A DNA stretch of 64,000 nt from a virus. The notes under the pieces are model-generated. The model was given only the letters and a program-made list of their open reading frames with translations, ran no database searches and had not been told where the DNA came from. The stretch lies in IMG/VR virus record IMGVR_UViG_3300023180_000001. One strand, 5' to 3'. Each line of letters starts with the position of its first letter. Position 1 is the first letter of the stretch. Shown in pieces: positions 9,861-19,168 of the stretch. Made by a program: the position numbers and the translations under genes.

Positions 9861-10583
9861 ATGAGCAAGAATTTTGAATACAACGCAGCGGAAGGTAAAG
9901 AACGCGCTAACGGTAAGATCAAGAACGGTGTGTTCGCTTATTGCAAACTCCACTACGCTGATTTCAAATACGAAAGCAAAACTGAGAAGGAATATGGTGT
10001 AGACTTTATCGTTGATAAAGCAACTGCTAAAGCTTTCAAGAAGAAGTTCCCTAAGAACAAGGTTCGCGAAGTAGATACTCCAGATTTCGAAGGCATCTAC
10101 AAGATCCCAGCTCCATTCCCAGAGCAGGATGAACAATTTGTTCTGAAGCTACGTGCTCGTGCACAGCTAGCTCGTGACAATGCGGATGCTGGCCTTAAAG
10201 CTGGTGACATGGTTCCATACAGCTGGAGCAACCGTCCTAAAGCTTACGAGATGGAAGATGGTAAGGTTCGTGACATCACTATGGATGAGAACAAGATCCC
10301 AGCCAATGGTTCTAAGGGTCACCTATCCTACACTGTTCTTGAGAACACTTACGGTTCTTTCATCCAGTTAGGTAATATCCTGATCACTGAGCTGATCCCT
10401 TACGCGCCTAAAGCTAAGGCAACATCAAACGAGTGGGGTGAAATCATCCAAGATGAAACCACTACCGAGTTTGACAATGAACCAGTTGAGCCACAGGAGT
10501 CTGAAATACAAGAGGAAGTTGATGACGTTCCTTTCGAGGCTGATGCAGCTGAAGACCAAGATGGTGAAGATCCTTTCGCTTAA
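9861..10583 (+). CDS. ssDNA-binding protein (T7 gp2.5-like), putative
   Basis: A strong promoter and RBS precede it. The long acidic C-terminal tail ends in an aromatic residue (..EDQDGEDPFA). It sits next to the polymerase. The start is trimmed from the ORF track. Confidence 0.55.
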   Translation: MSKNFEYNAAEGKERANGKIKNGVFAYCKLHYADFKYESKTEKEYGVDFIVDKATAKAFKKKFPKNKVREVDTPDFEGIYKIPAPFPEQDEQFVLKLRARAQLARDNADAGLKAGDMVPYSWSNRPKAYEMEDGKVRDITMDENKIPANGSKGHLSYTVLENTYGSFIQLGNILITELIPYAPKAKATSNEWGEIIQDETTTEFDNEPVEPQESEIQEEVDDVPFEADAAEDQDGEDPFA

Positions 10584-10590
10584 TTGAAAG

Positions 10591-10606
10591 AGCCCCTTCG
10601 GGGGCT
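10591..10606 (+). terminator. stem-loop after the SSB-like gene (attenuator/terminator)
   Basis: The stem-loop is AGCCCC-UUCG-GGGGCU. The U tail is weak. Confidence 0.4.
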
Positions 10607-10622
10607 TACACGAGGAGGTAAG

Positions 10623-10892
10623 ATGTTTTTAATTGGTGATGAGCTGGACGTAAAGCTGAAGCTTGTTGAGATAGAGACAGAAGAGGATGAAGTACGTGGT
10701 GATCTATACAGCTTCATTGTGGTAGGTTCAGACGGTGAAGATGCCGTCTATATGTACAAGGATGAGATAGAGAAGGCTAACCCAGAAGCAGAGATGTTAA
10801 TCCTCTTAGAGCGCCAAGAGGAAATTACTAAAAGGTTGAAGGTTTTAGAGGAGGGCCTAGCGGGGGAAGATGTTCAAGAAGATAATAATTGA
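10623..10892 (+). CDS. hypothetical acidic protein
   Basis: GAGGAGG RBS. The start is trimmed to MFLIGDEL. Confidence 0.45.
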   Translation: MFLIGDELDVKLKLVEIETEEDEVRGDLYSFIVVGSDGEDAVYMYKDEIEKANPEAEMLILLERQEEITKRLKVLEEGLAGEDVQEDNN

Positions 10893-11910
10893 TGGTGATA
10901 CTCCGGTTCTACGTGCAGCCATAGACGTTCAAGAGACTTACGTTCTTGTGACAAACAAGCAAAGCGGTAAGACTCAGAAGTACAAGTCTCGTATGGAATT
11001 CTACGGGCACTGGAAGAATAAGAATGGTGGAGCATTAGCAGCCATCAACGAAAAGTACGGTAAGGCCTACACCTCTGAAGATTTCGATTATGAGGATGTT
11101 GTCAAGGTACGTGATGGTATCGATCCGATTGAAGAGGGTGTTAAGCACTTTGATTTCTTTATCGGTAAGATCAAACGTGCTGATCTAGCAGTTGATTATG
11201 AGATTGTCTTAGGTGGTGGTGAGTGTTACCGTCATGAGTATGCTAAGATCCTTGAGTACAAGGGAACCCGAACAGATAAGCCACTGATGTTTGCTGAAGT
11301 TAAAGAAGCAATCATTAAAAAGTATGGAAAACGGGTAACAATAGTTTCTGGTATGGAAGCTGATGACTATCTTGGTATTAAAGGCTACGAGAACTTCAAG
11401 GAGTACAAGAAGTCAGGATCATGGGACTACCTCCTAGCTTATATCGATAAAGACATTGATATGGTTATTAGTCCAAGTATTGACCCTTATGATTTGAAGG
11501 GAGGTATCCACTACACAACACCAAGCGAAGGAGCACTATGCTTTGCATCCCAGCTATTGAGCGGTGATACGGTGGATAACATTCAGGGACTTCCTAAGTT
11601 CACAGATGACATAACAACCAAGTATGGTCTCCGCAAGGGTAGAGGCATAGGGAAAGCAACAGCCTTAACCTTCCTTGAAGGTCAAACAACAAAAGAAGTT
11701 TTCCGTAGAGTTTGTGAGGCATATCACTCATACTATGGTTCAGAGAAATTACCAATGGTATCTTGGACAGGAGAGACCCTCAAGTACAATTGGTTAGATT
11801 ATCTGAAAGAGAATGCAATCCTGTTGTGGATGCAACGTGAAGAGAATGAACGATTCGATATGGAAGAGTTCCTAACAAAAATAGGTATCGATCTCGATGA
11901 ATTCAAGTAA
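10870..11910 (+). CDS. 5'-3' exonuclease / flap endonuclease
   Basis: N-terminal IIIDGDTPVLRAA and GMEADDYLG motifs are typical of the PIN/FEN family. Confidence 0.7.
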   Translation: MFKKIIIDGDTPVLRAAIDVQETYVLVTNKQSGKTQKYKSRMEFYGHWKNKNGGALAAINEKYGKAYTSEDFDYEDVVKVRDGIDPIEEGVKHFDFFIGKIKRADLAVDYEIVLGGGECYRHEYAKILEYKGTRTDKPLMFAEVKEAIIKKYGKRVTIVSGMEADDYLGIKGYENFKEYKKSGSWDYLLAYIDKDIDMVISPSIDPYDLKGGIHYTTPSEGALCFASQLLSGDTVDNIQGLPKFTDDITTKYGLRKGRGIGKATALTFLEGQTTKEVFRRVCEAYHSYYGSEKLPMVSWTGETLKYNWLDYLKENAILLWMQREENERFDMEEFLTKIGIDLDEFK

Positions 11911-12295
11911 TACAAGAGAACAACGTAGTACAATAATAGGGGCTTTCCTCTGTGCAGTGCTCCTGACTTGGTCTATAGTTAGTGGACCTGAGTGGCTGTC
12001 TGGGACGGCTCAGCTTATAATGTTTATCTTCCTGTTCCTCGGAGCTTTAGGGAGTGTTGTAGGCCTGCTGACCACCGATGATTACATCAAGAAGTTGAAG
12101 AGTGAGAAAGAACCTCAGAAGGTAAGCATAATCATGACCATCTTCAGGGTAACAGTCCAAGCTGTGTGCATCCCTATGTTGATAGTTAACAGTTATGTTT
12201 TCCTCGGGTACTTCTGGCTCTCTTTAGTTATAGTTGGTGCAATCTTCAGTCTTTGGGTTCTTCTATTATCTGGTAACTGGAGATTAACACTTTGA
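11897..12295 (+). CDS. membrane protein
   Basis: 132 aa with about four hydrophobic segments. Confidence 0.5.
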   Translation: MNSSNTREQRSTIIGAFLCAVLLTWSIVSGPEWLSGTAQLIMFIFLFLGALGSVVGLLTTDDYIKKLKSEKEPQKVSIIMTIFRVTVQAVCIPMLIVNSYVFLGYFWLSLVIVGAIFSLWVLLLSGNWRLTL

Positions 12296-12903
12296 GTTAC
12301 CTATTATCGATAGACCAAAGCTTAGCTAAGTGTGCTTATGTCTTTTGGAAAGGCGGTGAGGTAGCACTGAAGGGGGTGATCCGTACAGGGTCCTCCTCAG
12401 CTAAGACCAAAACAAAAGGTGTTGAATACTTTGACACGGTGGATGAGCAAATAGATTTCATCTGCAGGAGTATTGAGAAGGATCTCCTTAAGTATGAAAG
12501 GGATTACGTAGGTCACCAATTAACTGAAGTGCCTATCGTATTCGAAGGTCTTTCTTTTGGATCCGTAGGTGATGCTACTAGGAACCTAGCAGGTCTCTAT
12601 TTTGTAATGAGGAATCATTTCTCCTACAGTGGTCTTTCAACCTTTGAAAATATGCACACCATCGCGCCAACATCCCTCAAAGCATTTGCAAGGGATTACT
12701 TACCTGATGATCAACGCTTGACAAGTGGTGGAAAAAAGGTTAAGATGGATAAGAAATTAATGGTAACAGCTTGTCTGAATGTAGCCGGTGATGATTTCCT
12801 AGACGGATATAATATGAGCACTGGTAAGGATGACCTAGCCGATGCCTTTCTCTTAGGTTTGAAATGGTTGGAGGAAAATAGTGAGTCTTTGGTCAAAGAT
12901 TAA
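12292..12903 (+). CDS. RuvC-like Holliday-junction resolvase, putative
   Basis: LLSIDQS near the N-terminus and FEGLSFGS resemble the RuvC-fold catalytic Asp and Glu. The start codon is TTG. Confidence 0.45.
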   Translation: MSYLLSIDQSLAKCAYVFWKGGEVALKGVIRTGSSSAKTKTKGVEYFDTVDEQIDFICRSIEKDLLKYERDYVGHQLTEVPIVFEGLSFGSVGDATRNLAGLYFVMRNHFSYSGLSTFENMHTIAPTSLKAFARDYLPDDQRLTSGGKKVKMDKKLMVTACLNVAGDDFLDGYNMSTGKDDLADAFLLGLKWLEENSESLVKD

Positions 12904-13369
12904 GAATAAGTTAAACATTAATCGTAAGTACCTATCAGGTCAGGAAGACCTGTGGGTTAATGGGGAGAAGGTGGACTTCAAGGGGTTCACTCTGGAAGAG
13001 AATAAACATTATGTTTTCCACAAACATATTGGGAAATTCCAGACAACAGCTAACTTTAAGCTCACCTACTACTGGAAGAAGAATGGTTCTAAGCGAGCAA
13101 CCACTATTTACACCCCTTTGGGTTTCCTATGGGATGGGGCTTCTATCCCTAAAACACTTCAGGGGTTGATTGGTGGGAAGTTCGATCCAGAGTTTATTTT
13201 CGCCAGTATGATCCATGATAAGGCTGTCAAGATGGGGCTGGATCATTACCCCGAGAGCCGAATCTTTTATGAGATCCTTAAAACTCGCCAAGGTCATCTA
13301 AACATCCCTTGGTGGAAGGAGAAGGCTATGTACCTAGCTGTTTACGGATGGAGTCTTTATTCATCATGA
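12881..13369 (+). CDS. DUF1353-like protein
   Basis: The motifs GFLWDGASIPK ... MIHD match the DUF1353 pattern as I recall it. Confidence 0.5.
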   Translation: MSLWSKIKNKLNINRKYLSGQEDLWVNGEKVDFKGFTLEENKHYVFHKHIGKFQTTANFKLTYYWKKNGSKRATTIYTPLGFLWDGASIPKTLQGLIGGKFDPEFIFASMIHDKAVKMGLDHYPESRIFYEILKTRQGHLNIPWWKEKAMYLAVYGWSLYSS

Positions 13370-13698
13370 TCTTATCGAACCAAGCAAAGTGCTTGAAGTG
13401 TGGTGATGCCCCCTACAGTGCAAATCGCCACGACTACCAAGAGTGCATTTGTGGGAATGTATCCGTGGATGGGGGTATGTTGTATATCCGGCACAGCTGG
13501 AAGGATAAGAATTACTATGAGAATATCTCTATCGAGTGGGATCCTACTTTGGTTGAGTCTATCACTGCTGAATTAAAGAGTGCCCAAGAGACAGGGAGGA
13601 ATCCTCTAGGACTTACTTGTGCTGTGGCTAGGGTAATGCGGGATAGAGATTATGAAATTGTAAAGGTTAATAGGAAAGAAAATGACACAACAAGTTAA
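13366..13698 (+). CDS. zinc-binding protein, hypothetical
   Basis: ATGA overlap start. It has CLKCGD...ECICGN cysteine pairs. Confidence 0.45.
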   Translation: MILSNQAKCLKCGDAPYSANRHDYQECICGNVSVDGGMLYIRHSWKDKNYYENISIEWDPTLVESITAELKSAQETGRNPLGLTCAVARVMRDRDYEIVKVNRKENDTTS

Positions 13699-13933
13699 TG
13701 AAATCCTTCAGGGTTTTACACAGGATCAGATCGACACGTTATTTGTAGCTGTCACCCACTGCGTGGGGAAAGATGTCTACTCACTATCTGAGATGCTAAG
13801 GCCGCACATCAGCGCCCCTCAGGAGGATCTTTGGGATGAGTGCACATACACAGCTTGCGGCAAGTCTGCATTCGATGACAAGGATGCATTGACCGTAGAT
13901 ATCCATCTAGGAGGCCACCTTGCCTCTTTATGA
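13682..13933 (+). CDS. hypothetical protein
   Basis: 83-aa ORF. Confidence 0.45.
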   Translation: MTQQVNEILQGFTQDQIDTLFVAVTHCVGKDVYSLSEMLRPHISAPQEDLWDECTYTACGKSAFDDKDALTVDIHLGGHLASL

Positions 13934-14132
13934 CGTCAAGTGTGAGTCTTGCGGAGAGGTCCAAGAGATCTCCAAGAAGATGAGTGAAGATCACCCACCT
14001 TGCCAACTATGTGGCGGGAAATTGAACACGTACTTCGCCCCTGATAGCGGCATAGGTGTTGTCTATAAAGGTGGTGGATGGGCTGGCAAAGAAATAGCTG
14101 GCGAGAGATCATTTAACCGAGATCGGAAATAA
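13920..14132 (+). CDS. FmdB-family zinc-ribbon protein
   Basis: MPLYDVKCESCGE...CQLCGG matches the pattern. The start codon is TTG. Confidence 0.55.
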   Translation: MPLYDVKCESCGEVQEISKKMSEDHPPCQLCGGKLNTYFAPDSGIGVVYKGGGWAGKEIAGERSFNRDRK

Positions 14133-14144
14133 AGGAGAAAAGAT

Positions 14145-14435
14145 ATGGCTAACTTCGGAGGGTGGGCATTTGCCTCACCAAGGGTGTGGACTCACGAGAA
14201 GATCCGAGAAAGGTATGGAGAGATTGCTCACTTCTTGAAAGGTGGTCATATCGAGTACACTAAGACCCCGGGATACGCCCACGGGTTCTTCCAAGGTAAG
14301 GTTATCTCGGAAGATGCTAAACAACTGACTGATATGGATTTACTGATCCTGATGGATCGTGGGAACCTTTGTTTTGGTGGTTATTGCTACCTAACCAACG
14401 AAGGTTCCTTCCACGGGAAGTATTACACAGACTGA
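14145..14435 (+). CDS. hypothetical protein
   Basis: 96-aa ORF with an AGGAGA RBS. Confidence 0.5.
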   Translation: MANFGGWAFASPRVWTHEKIRERYGEIAHFLKGGHIEYTKTPGYAHGFFQGKVISEDAKQLTDMDLLILMDRGNLCFGGYCYLTNEGSFHGKYYTD

Positions 14436-14443
14436 GGAGGAGT

Positions 14444-14863
14444 ATGAAAGTAGAATTTAAAGGGGTTGCCCCTAAGTATATGTCTGCTGGTGCAGCTGGG
14501 ATGGACCTAGCTTGCTTTGTTGATACTGTTATAGAGCCGGGGCAGGAAGTTCTAGTCCCCACAGGCACCAAGGTAGCTATCCCAAAAGGGTACTTTGGTA
14601 TGCTAGTACCTCGAAGTTCAACCTGCCGTAAGAAGTCCCTTGAGCTTACAAACGGTGTTGGCATTATTGATGAAGACTACAGGGGTGAACTTATGTTCTC
14701 CTACCGTAATATTGGCTCTGAGCCTGTCCGTATCGATGCAGGAGAGCGAATCGGGCAGTTAGTTATCCTACCCTACGTTAAGGCTGATCTGGTGCTCGTA
14801 GAGGAGCTTACAGACACCGAGAGAGGGTCAGGGGGATTCGGAAGTACGGGCACAAAAGGATAA
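14444..14863 (+). CDS. dut: dUTP diphosphatase
   Basis: It carries the motifs AGMDL, GIIDEDYRGEL and ERGSGGFGSTG. The start is trimmed to the ATG after GAGGAGG. Confidence 0.9.
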   Translation: MKVEFKGVAPKYMSAGAAGMDLACFVDTVIEPGQEVLVPTGTKVAIPKGYFGMLVPRSSTCRKKSLELTNGVGIIDEDYRGELMFSYRNIGSEPVRIDAGERIGQLVILPYVKADLVLVEELTDTERGSGGFGSTGTKG

Positions 14864-14866
14864 AGA

Positions 14867-15880
14867 ATGAGTAAACTCACAGACAATATGAAACGAGAGA
14901 TTATCCGGCTAGATGCCGAGGGTCTGAAATCTCGTAAAATCGCCAAGAGGTTAGGTCTTGGCAAATCCACGGTGGGGGATTTCCTACGGAAAGAGACCCA
15001 CAGGTTGTGGTGGGCAGAGTATGAATCTAAGAATGGGTTCTACCAGAGTAAGGCAGGAGACTTTAAGGGTCTTGTGCAGAGAGATCATAAGCACCTTCCT
15101 CGTGTGTTAGTGTTAGATATCGAGACATCCCCTAACACCTTCTGGGGATGGGGGATGTTTAACCAGAACTATTCCCTGAATATGGTGAAAGATGAGTGGT
15201 TCATTTTATCCTATGCTGCTAAGTGGTTAGGGGCCAGTGAGAAGGAGGTTTATTACAATGATCTCCGTGGTCAAGTGATCACACAAGATGATAAGTTTAT
15301 GCTTGAGGAGTTGTGGCAGCTACTTAATGAGGCGGATATTGTAATAACCCAAAACGGTATCAAATTCGATATTAAGAAGATCAATGCTAGGTTCATCCTT
15401 AATGGTTTTCAACCGCCATCTAGTTACAAGCACATCGATACCCTTGTTATTGCCAAACGAAACTTCGGGTTCCTAAGTAATAAACTTGAGTACATGACGG
15501 ATAAGCTTAACGTAACTTTCAAGAAGTTATCCCACAACAAATATGCAGGGTTTGATCTCTGGAAAGGGATGATGAAAGATGAGCCTGAGGCTTGGGTTGA
15601 ATGCGAAGAGTACAACAAGCATGATGTGCTTTCCCTAGAGGAGTTATACATCAAATTAGCTGCATGGGATAATAAACACCCGAATTTCAGCCTGTACTTT
15701 GATGAGCCTGAGCAGGTATGTCGTTGCGGTAGTACTGAATTTGTAGAGGATGGGTATGCCTATACATCAGTCAGTAAGTTCCAACGATACCGCTGCACAA
15801 GTTGTGGGGCAGAATCTCGTTCCCGTAAGAATCTCTTTACGAAAGATAAGAGAGACAGTTTGACGATGAATATATCATAG
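14867..15880 (+). CDS. DnaQ/RNase-T-fold 3'-5' exonuclease with N-terminal HTH and C-terminal zinc ribbon
   Basis: It has LVLDIETSP..., ITQNGIKFD and NKHDV (DEDDh-like), an HTH segment (KIAKRLGLGKSTVGDFL), and CRCGS...CTSCG. Confidence 0.55.
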   Translation: MSKLTDNMKREIIRLDAEGLKSRKIAKRLGLGKSTVGDFLRKETHRLWWAEYESKNGFYQSKAGDFKGLVQRDHKHLPRVLVLDIETSPNTFWGWGMFNQNYSLNMVKDEWFILSYAAKWLGASEKEVYYNDLRGQVITQDDKFMLEELWQLLNEADIVITQNGIKFDIKKINARFILNGFQPPSSYKHIDTLVIAKRNFGFLSNKLEYMTDKLNVTFKKLSHNKYAGFDLWKGMMKDEPEAWVECEEYNKHDVLSLEELYIKLAAWDNKHPNFSLYFDEPEQVCRCGSTEFVEDGYAYTSVSKFQRYRCTSCGAESRSRKNLFTKDKRDSLTMNIS

Positions 15881-15888
15881 GTATTAGA

Positions 15889-16347
15889 ATGTATTATAGT
15901 GACCAGAATAAGGCAGGAGGTAATGAGTTCCTCTCGCCTTGGGATGAGCGTAGACAGTTGGACCTGTTCGGGCCTGACCCATCCCTGATCAGTCCTGAGG
16001 AAATTGATGACTTTAATGAAGCTTTTAATGGGATCTTTAATAGTCACACCAATGAGACAGGTGAAGGGCCATTAACCGCACCAAAACCTATTGAGATTGA
16101 TGCCCATTACTCCCTTGATTACCTTCTTCAGGATGATGAGGTGGAGAAAAGGTACATCCGTATGGATCCTTACCGGGTTGCTAAGACTTGGAGATTATCT
16201 CAAAGAGATTCCACAGGTGGATTGTTCCACATCCTTAAGACTCTAGCGAGGAATAAGGCAGGGAACACAATGGAACGAGAGATTAAAGCTATCTACAAAA
16301 CAATTAAACGAGTTGCAGAAATTGAAGGAGTGAACTTAAATGAGTGA
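15889..16347 (+). CDS. hypothetical protein (possibly DUF3310-like)
   Basis: 152-aa ORF with weak motif resemblance only. Confidence 0.4.
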   Translation: MYYSDQNKAGGNEFLSPWDERRQLDLFGPDPSLISPEEIDDFNEAFNGIFNSHTNETGEGPLTAPKPIEIDAHYSLDYLLQDDEVEKRYIRMDPYRVAKTWRLSQRDSTGGLFHILKTLARNKAGNTMEREIKAIYKTIKRVAEIEGVNLNE

Positions 16348-16774
16348 ATCAAGAGCTGTCGTATCAGCAATATTTGAAATCGATGCACCAGTTGCTAGCT
16401 TTGAGGAGTTCCTTGAACAAATAGCTGAGGTGGTCGAACCAGACGCAGTAGAGATAACCTATGCAGGGGTTCCTGACCTAAACGGCGGAGAGAAAAAGGA
16501 AGTCGAGTACATCGAGTTTAAGGATGAGAGATTCCGTCTGGATAAAGCTATTGATCGATCAAGTGGGGAGGTTGTTTACCTTTTAGGATTTGACCTAGCA
16601 GATAATGACATCTATGATCATCTGTATGTGCTTGATCAAGCTACCTCCGTTGCGATAGAGAACGAGGTTACTGACATTCTTGGGGAGGAGATAACGTCCC
16701 TTATCGAGGATGTTCAGATCGCTTCATTCATCTACTCGAATGGGACAGATAAACCAACACCTTGGAAGTTTTAA
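16340..16774 (+). CDS. highly acidic protein
   Basis: 144 aa, rich in Asp and Glu. Confidence 0.45.
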   Translation: MSESRAVVSAIFEIDAPVASFEEFLEQIAEVVEPDAVEITYAGVPDLNGGEKKEVEYIEFKDERFRLDKAIDRSSGEVVYLLGFDLADNDIYDHLYVLDQATSVAIENEVTDILGEEITSLIEDVQIASFIYSNGTDKPTPWKF

Positions 16775-16775
16775 T

Positions 16776-17099
16776 ATGGATATCTTCATTGGATTGTACA
16801 AGAAGCCAAACCTCTTAGCTATCATGATGAAGAAGATCATTGCCTCACGGGATCAGTATTGTATTGATCCCCAAGGTATTGTTCGAATCAAGAGTAATGG
16901 TAAGTGGGTTCCCTACTTCGATTTAATTCTTTGTGAGGAACTTTATGATTTTGAATTGTTCCATGCCGCTTACAATGCAGTTCGTCTTTACAACATGATG
17001 TTTGTAGATCAATTGGAGTTTGTAGATCCCCCTGAGAGATATGGTGCAGAGCTTAAAGCTCATATGACTTACCTCTCCTTAGCGGAGGACTTCGAGTGA
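16776..17099 (+). CDS. hypothetical protein
   Basis: The start is trimmed to MDIFIGL, directly after the previous stop. Confidence 0.45.
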   Translation: MDIFIGLYKKPNLLAIMMKKIIASRDQYCIDPQGIVRIKSNGKWVPYFDLILCEELYDFELFHAAYNAVRLYNMMFVDQLEFVDPPERYGAELKAHMTYLSLAEDFE

Positions 17100-17539
17100 G
17101 CACTGTAACCATCTACACAGATGGTGCTTGCAAGGGTAAGACAAAGATTGGTGGGTGGGGAGCCCACCTAGAATTTAACGGTAAGACCAAAGAGATCTTC
17201 GGTGGTGAAAAAGATACCACAAACAACAAGATGGAACTTACCGCTGTTATAGAGGCTCTCCGTTGCCTTAAAAGGGCTTGTAAGATCGAACTATGGACAG
17301 ACTCAGAGTATGTCAAGAGTGGCATTACAGAGTGGGTACACAACTGGAAGAAGAGGGGATGGAAAACAGCCTCCGGAAGTCCGGTTAAAAACAAAGAACT
17401 CTGGGTTGCCTTAGAGGGAGAGTGCAATAAACACAACATTAGTTGGCACTGGGTTAAAGGCCACAGTGGTGACGTTGGGAATGAGAAGGCTGATGACTTA
17501 GCTAACAAAGGAGTGGAACAGATTTTAAATGCAACATGA
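17096..17539 (+). CDS. rnhA: ribonuclease HI
   Basis: It carries IYTDGAC, NNKMEL, WTDSEYV and WVKGHSG..GNE.AD.LA. The start codon is GTG. Confidence 0.9.
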   Translation: MSTVTIYTDGACKGKTKIGGWGAHLEFNGKTKEIFGGEKDTTNNKMELTAVIEALRCLKRACKIELWTDSEYVKSGITEWVHNWKKRGWKTASGSPVKNKELWVALEGECNKHNISWHWVKGHSGDVGNEKADDLANKGVEQILNAT

Positions 17540-18128
17540 TTATAAACGAGTAAAACAAACCCTTGAGCGACTTAAGATCTGGGGTTATCAAGGGTGTCTA
17601 GCAGGTGGTTATCTGAGAGATGTGGATGCAGGTAAGGATCCAAAAGATATGGATTTCTTCTTGATCAATGAGACCTTAGTGAATATCCAAGGATATAAGT
17701 TAGATAGGGTTGTCGGAGATGAGGATACATCCTCGTTCCTCCCTATCTCCAAAGGTAAGCGCCTTGATCGTTATGATGGTATGGAGATGAGAGAAGATGT
17801 AATTGTTCTCTACCAACGTCCTGATAAAGAAACAGATTTCATAGCTACACGTAACACTTGCTTTGGGGATCTAGTAGGTAATTTTGATATTAGCGCCTGT
17901 CAAATTATTGCTAAACTAGAGGATGATAAAGTTAATGTGTATGCAACTGAGTCATATAAAAGATTTGTAGAAACAGGTGTGCCTGAACTGTTTAGTCCTA
18001 TAAAAACAAGTCAAGGACATATTGACCGTGTAGCGGAGAAGTATGGGTCAGTAAAAAGTATTGACAAGACTGATGAGGTTCTGGTACTATATGGCGAACT
18101 AACTGAAGGAGGTATTAAGAAATTATGA
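17529..18128 (+). CDS. Pol-beta-superfamily nucleotidyltransferase (CCA-adding / poly(A) polymerase head-like)
   Basis: The GGYLRDVDAGKDPKDMDFF motif matches the GGxVRD..(G)....DxD head-domain signature. At 199 aa it is short. Confidence 0.45.
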   Translation: MQHDYKRVKQTLERLKIWGYQGCLAGGYLRDVDAGKDPKDMDFFLINETLVNIQGYKLDRVVGDEDTSSFLPISKGKRLDRYDGMEMREDVIVLYQRPDKETDFIATRNTCFGDLVGNFDISACQIIAKLEDDKVNVYATESYKRFVETGVPELFSPIKTSQGHIDRVAEKYGSVKSIDKTDEVLVLYGELTEGGIKKL

Positions 18129-18349
18129 GTATTATTCTAGCAAGCGCACCTTGGTGTGGAAACTGTGGCCCAGCTAAACTCCTACTTAAACAAGCTGGTA
18201 TTGAATTTGAAGAGTTTGATATCTCAAGTGATGACGATGAAGCACAGGTCATGAGTCAGGTTAAGCAGATCCCAGCGTTACTGGTTGATGGTAATGTAGT
18301 GGCCACTGGCTCAATTGGTATTAAAGAATGGATTAAGGAGCAGAAGTAA
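18125..18349 (+). CDS. glutaredoxin/NrdH-like redoxin
   Basis: 74 aa with a CGNC active-site motif in a thioredoxin-fold pattern. Confidence 0.7.
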   Translation: MSIILASAPWCGNCGPAKLLLKQAGIEFEEFDISSDDDEAQVMSQVKQIPALLVDGNVVATGSIGIKEWIKEQK

Positions 18350-18498
18350 TGAGTGTTAAATTACGTGGGGCAGGCCGTGCAGGTGGGAACCAACCTATCA
18401 GTCAGATCAGCAACAAAGAATTAAATAAGCGTTTAGAATCTGCCACTGGTGCAGTCAAAGTTAAGATCTTAAATGAGTTAACTAAGCGGGGTGCTTAA
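18349..18498 (+). CDS. small hypothetical protein (49 aa)
   Basis: It is below the ORF-track cutoff. TAATG overlaps occur at both ends and the frame is open (MSVKLRGAGRAGGNQ...). Confidence 0.35.
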   Translation: MSVKLRGAGRAGGNQPISQISNKELNKRLESATGAVKVKILNELTKRGA

Positions 18499-18671
18499 TG
18501 GCGCTTACTGAGAAAAGAAAACAAGAACTAAGAGATATCATTACTGGTTGTATCTCAGATCATCTTAACATAACAATGAGTCATCATGACTATTGGGATG
18601 ATGATATAACAGATGAGGATGAACTTGAATTCATCTTTGATGAAGTGAAGAGTGTGGAGATTATAGTATGA
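18498..18671 (+). CDS. small hypothetical protein (57 aa)
   Basis: It is below the ORF-track cutoff. Starts and stops overlap both neighbouring genes (MALTEKRKQELRD...). Confidence 0.35.
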   Translation: MALTEKRKQELRDIITGCISDHLNITMSHHDYWDDDITDEDELEFIFDEVKSVEIIV

Positions 18672-19132
18672 CTGATGATTTTGAACAAGAGTTAGAGAAC
18701 CAGTTCGGGCAGACTATCGATGTTGAGTTTGACCCCGAGACTGAGATCAATGAACTTGAAGATAAGATGCGCGCCTTAAGCTACACAGTTACCAAGTACA
18801 TCTCAATGCATGACATCAAGCGTACAGGTCTTGTCTGGCGAGATCTTTCACAAGAGCAGAAGAACTCTCTCCTGTGGGAGGCAGGCCTTAACGTGAAAGC
18901 CTATCGCTATATCACTGTCAAGGATACACATGTCACTCTTGAAGGTTTACGAAAAAATTGTGTAAGGGTGATATGTGAGGAACGTAGTGATAAGAGATGG
19001 ATCGATACAGGATTGGCATCAGATGATGCTTACTTGAAGTACAAGAACGATCCATCCTTTACTCGAAATGTTAAGCAGATGGAAAACTGCTACCTTAACT
19101 GGGACCACCAAGTGAGCGCACTTAAGGAGTAG
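18668..19132 (+). CDS. hypothetical protein
   Basis: 154-aa ORF, the last gene of the plus-strand block. Confidence 0.5.
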   Translation: MTDDFEQELENQFGQTIDVEFDPETEINELEDKMRALSYTVTKYISMHDIKRTGLVWRDLSQEQKNSLLWEAGLNVKAYRYITVKDTHVTLEGLRKNCVRVICEERSDKRWIDTGLASDDAYLKYKNDPSFTRNVKQMENCYLNWDHQVSALKE

Positions 19133-19135
19133 GAG

Positions 19136-19151
19136 AGCCCCGTAAGGGGCT
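19136..19151. terminator. stem-loop between convergent genes
   Basis: AGCCCC-GTAA-GGGGCT lies between the plus-strand and minus-strand blocks. Confidence 0.5.
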
Positions 19152-19168
19152 TGTACCCTCCAAAGTTC

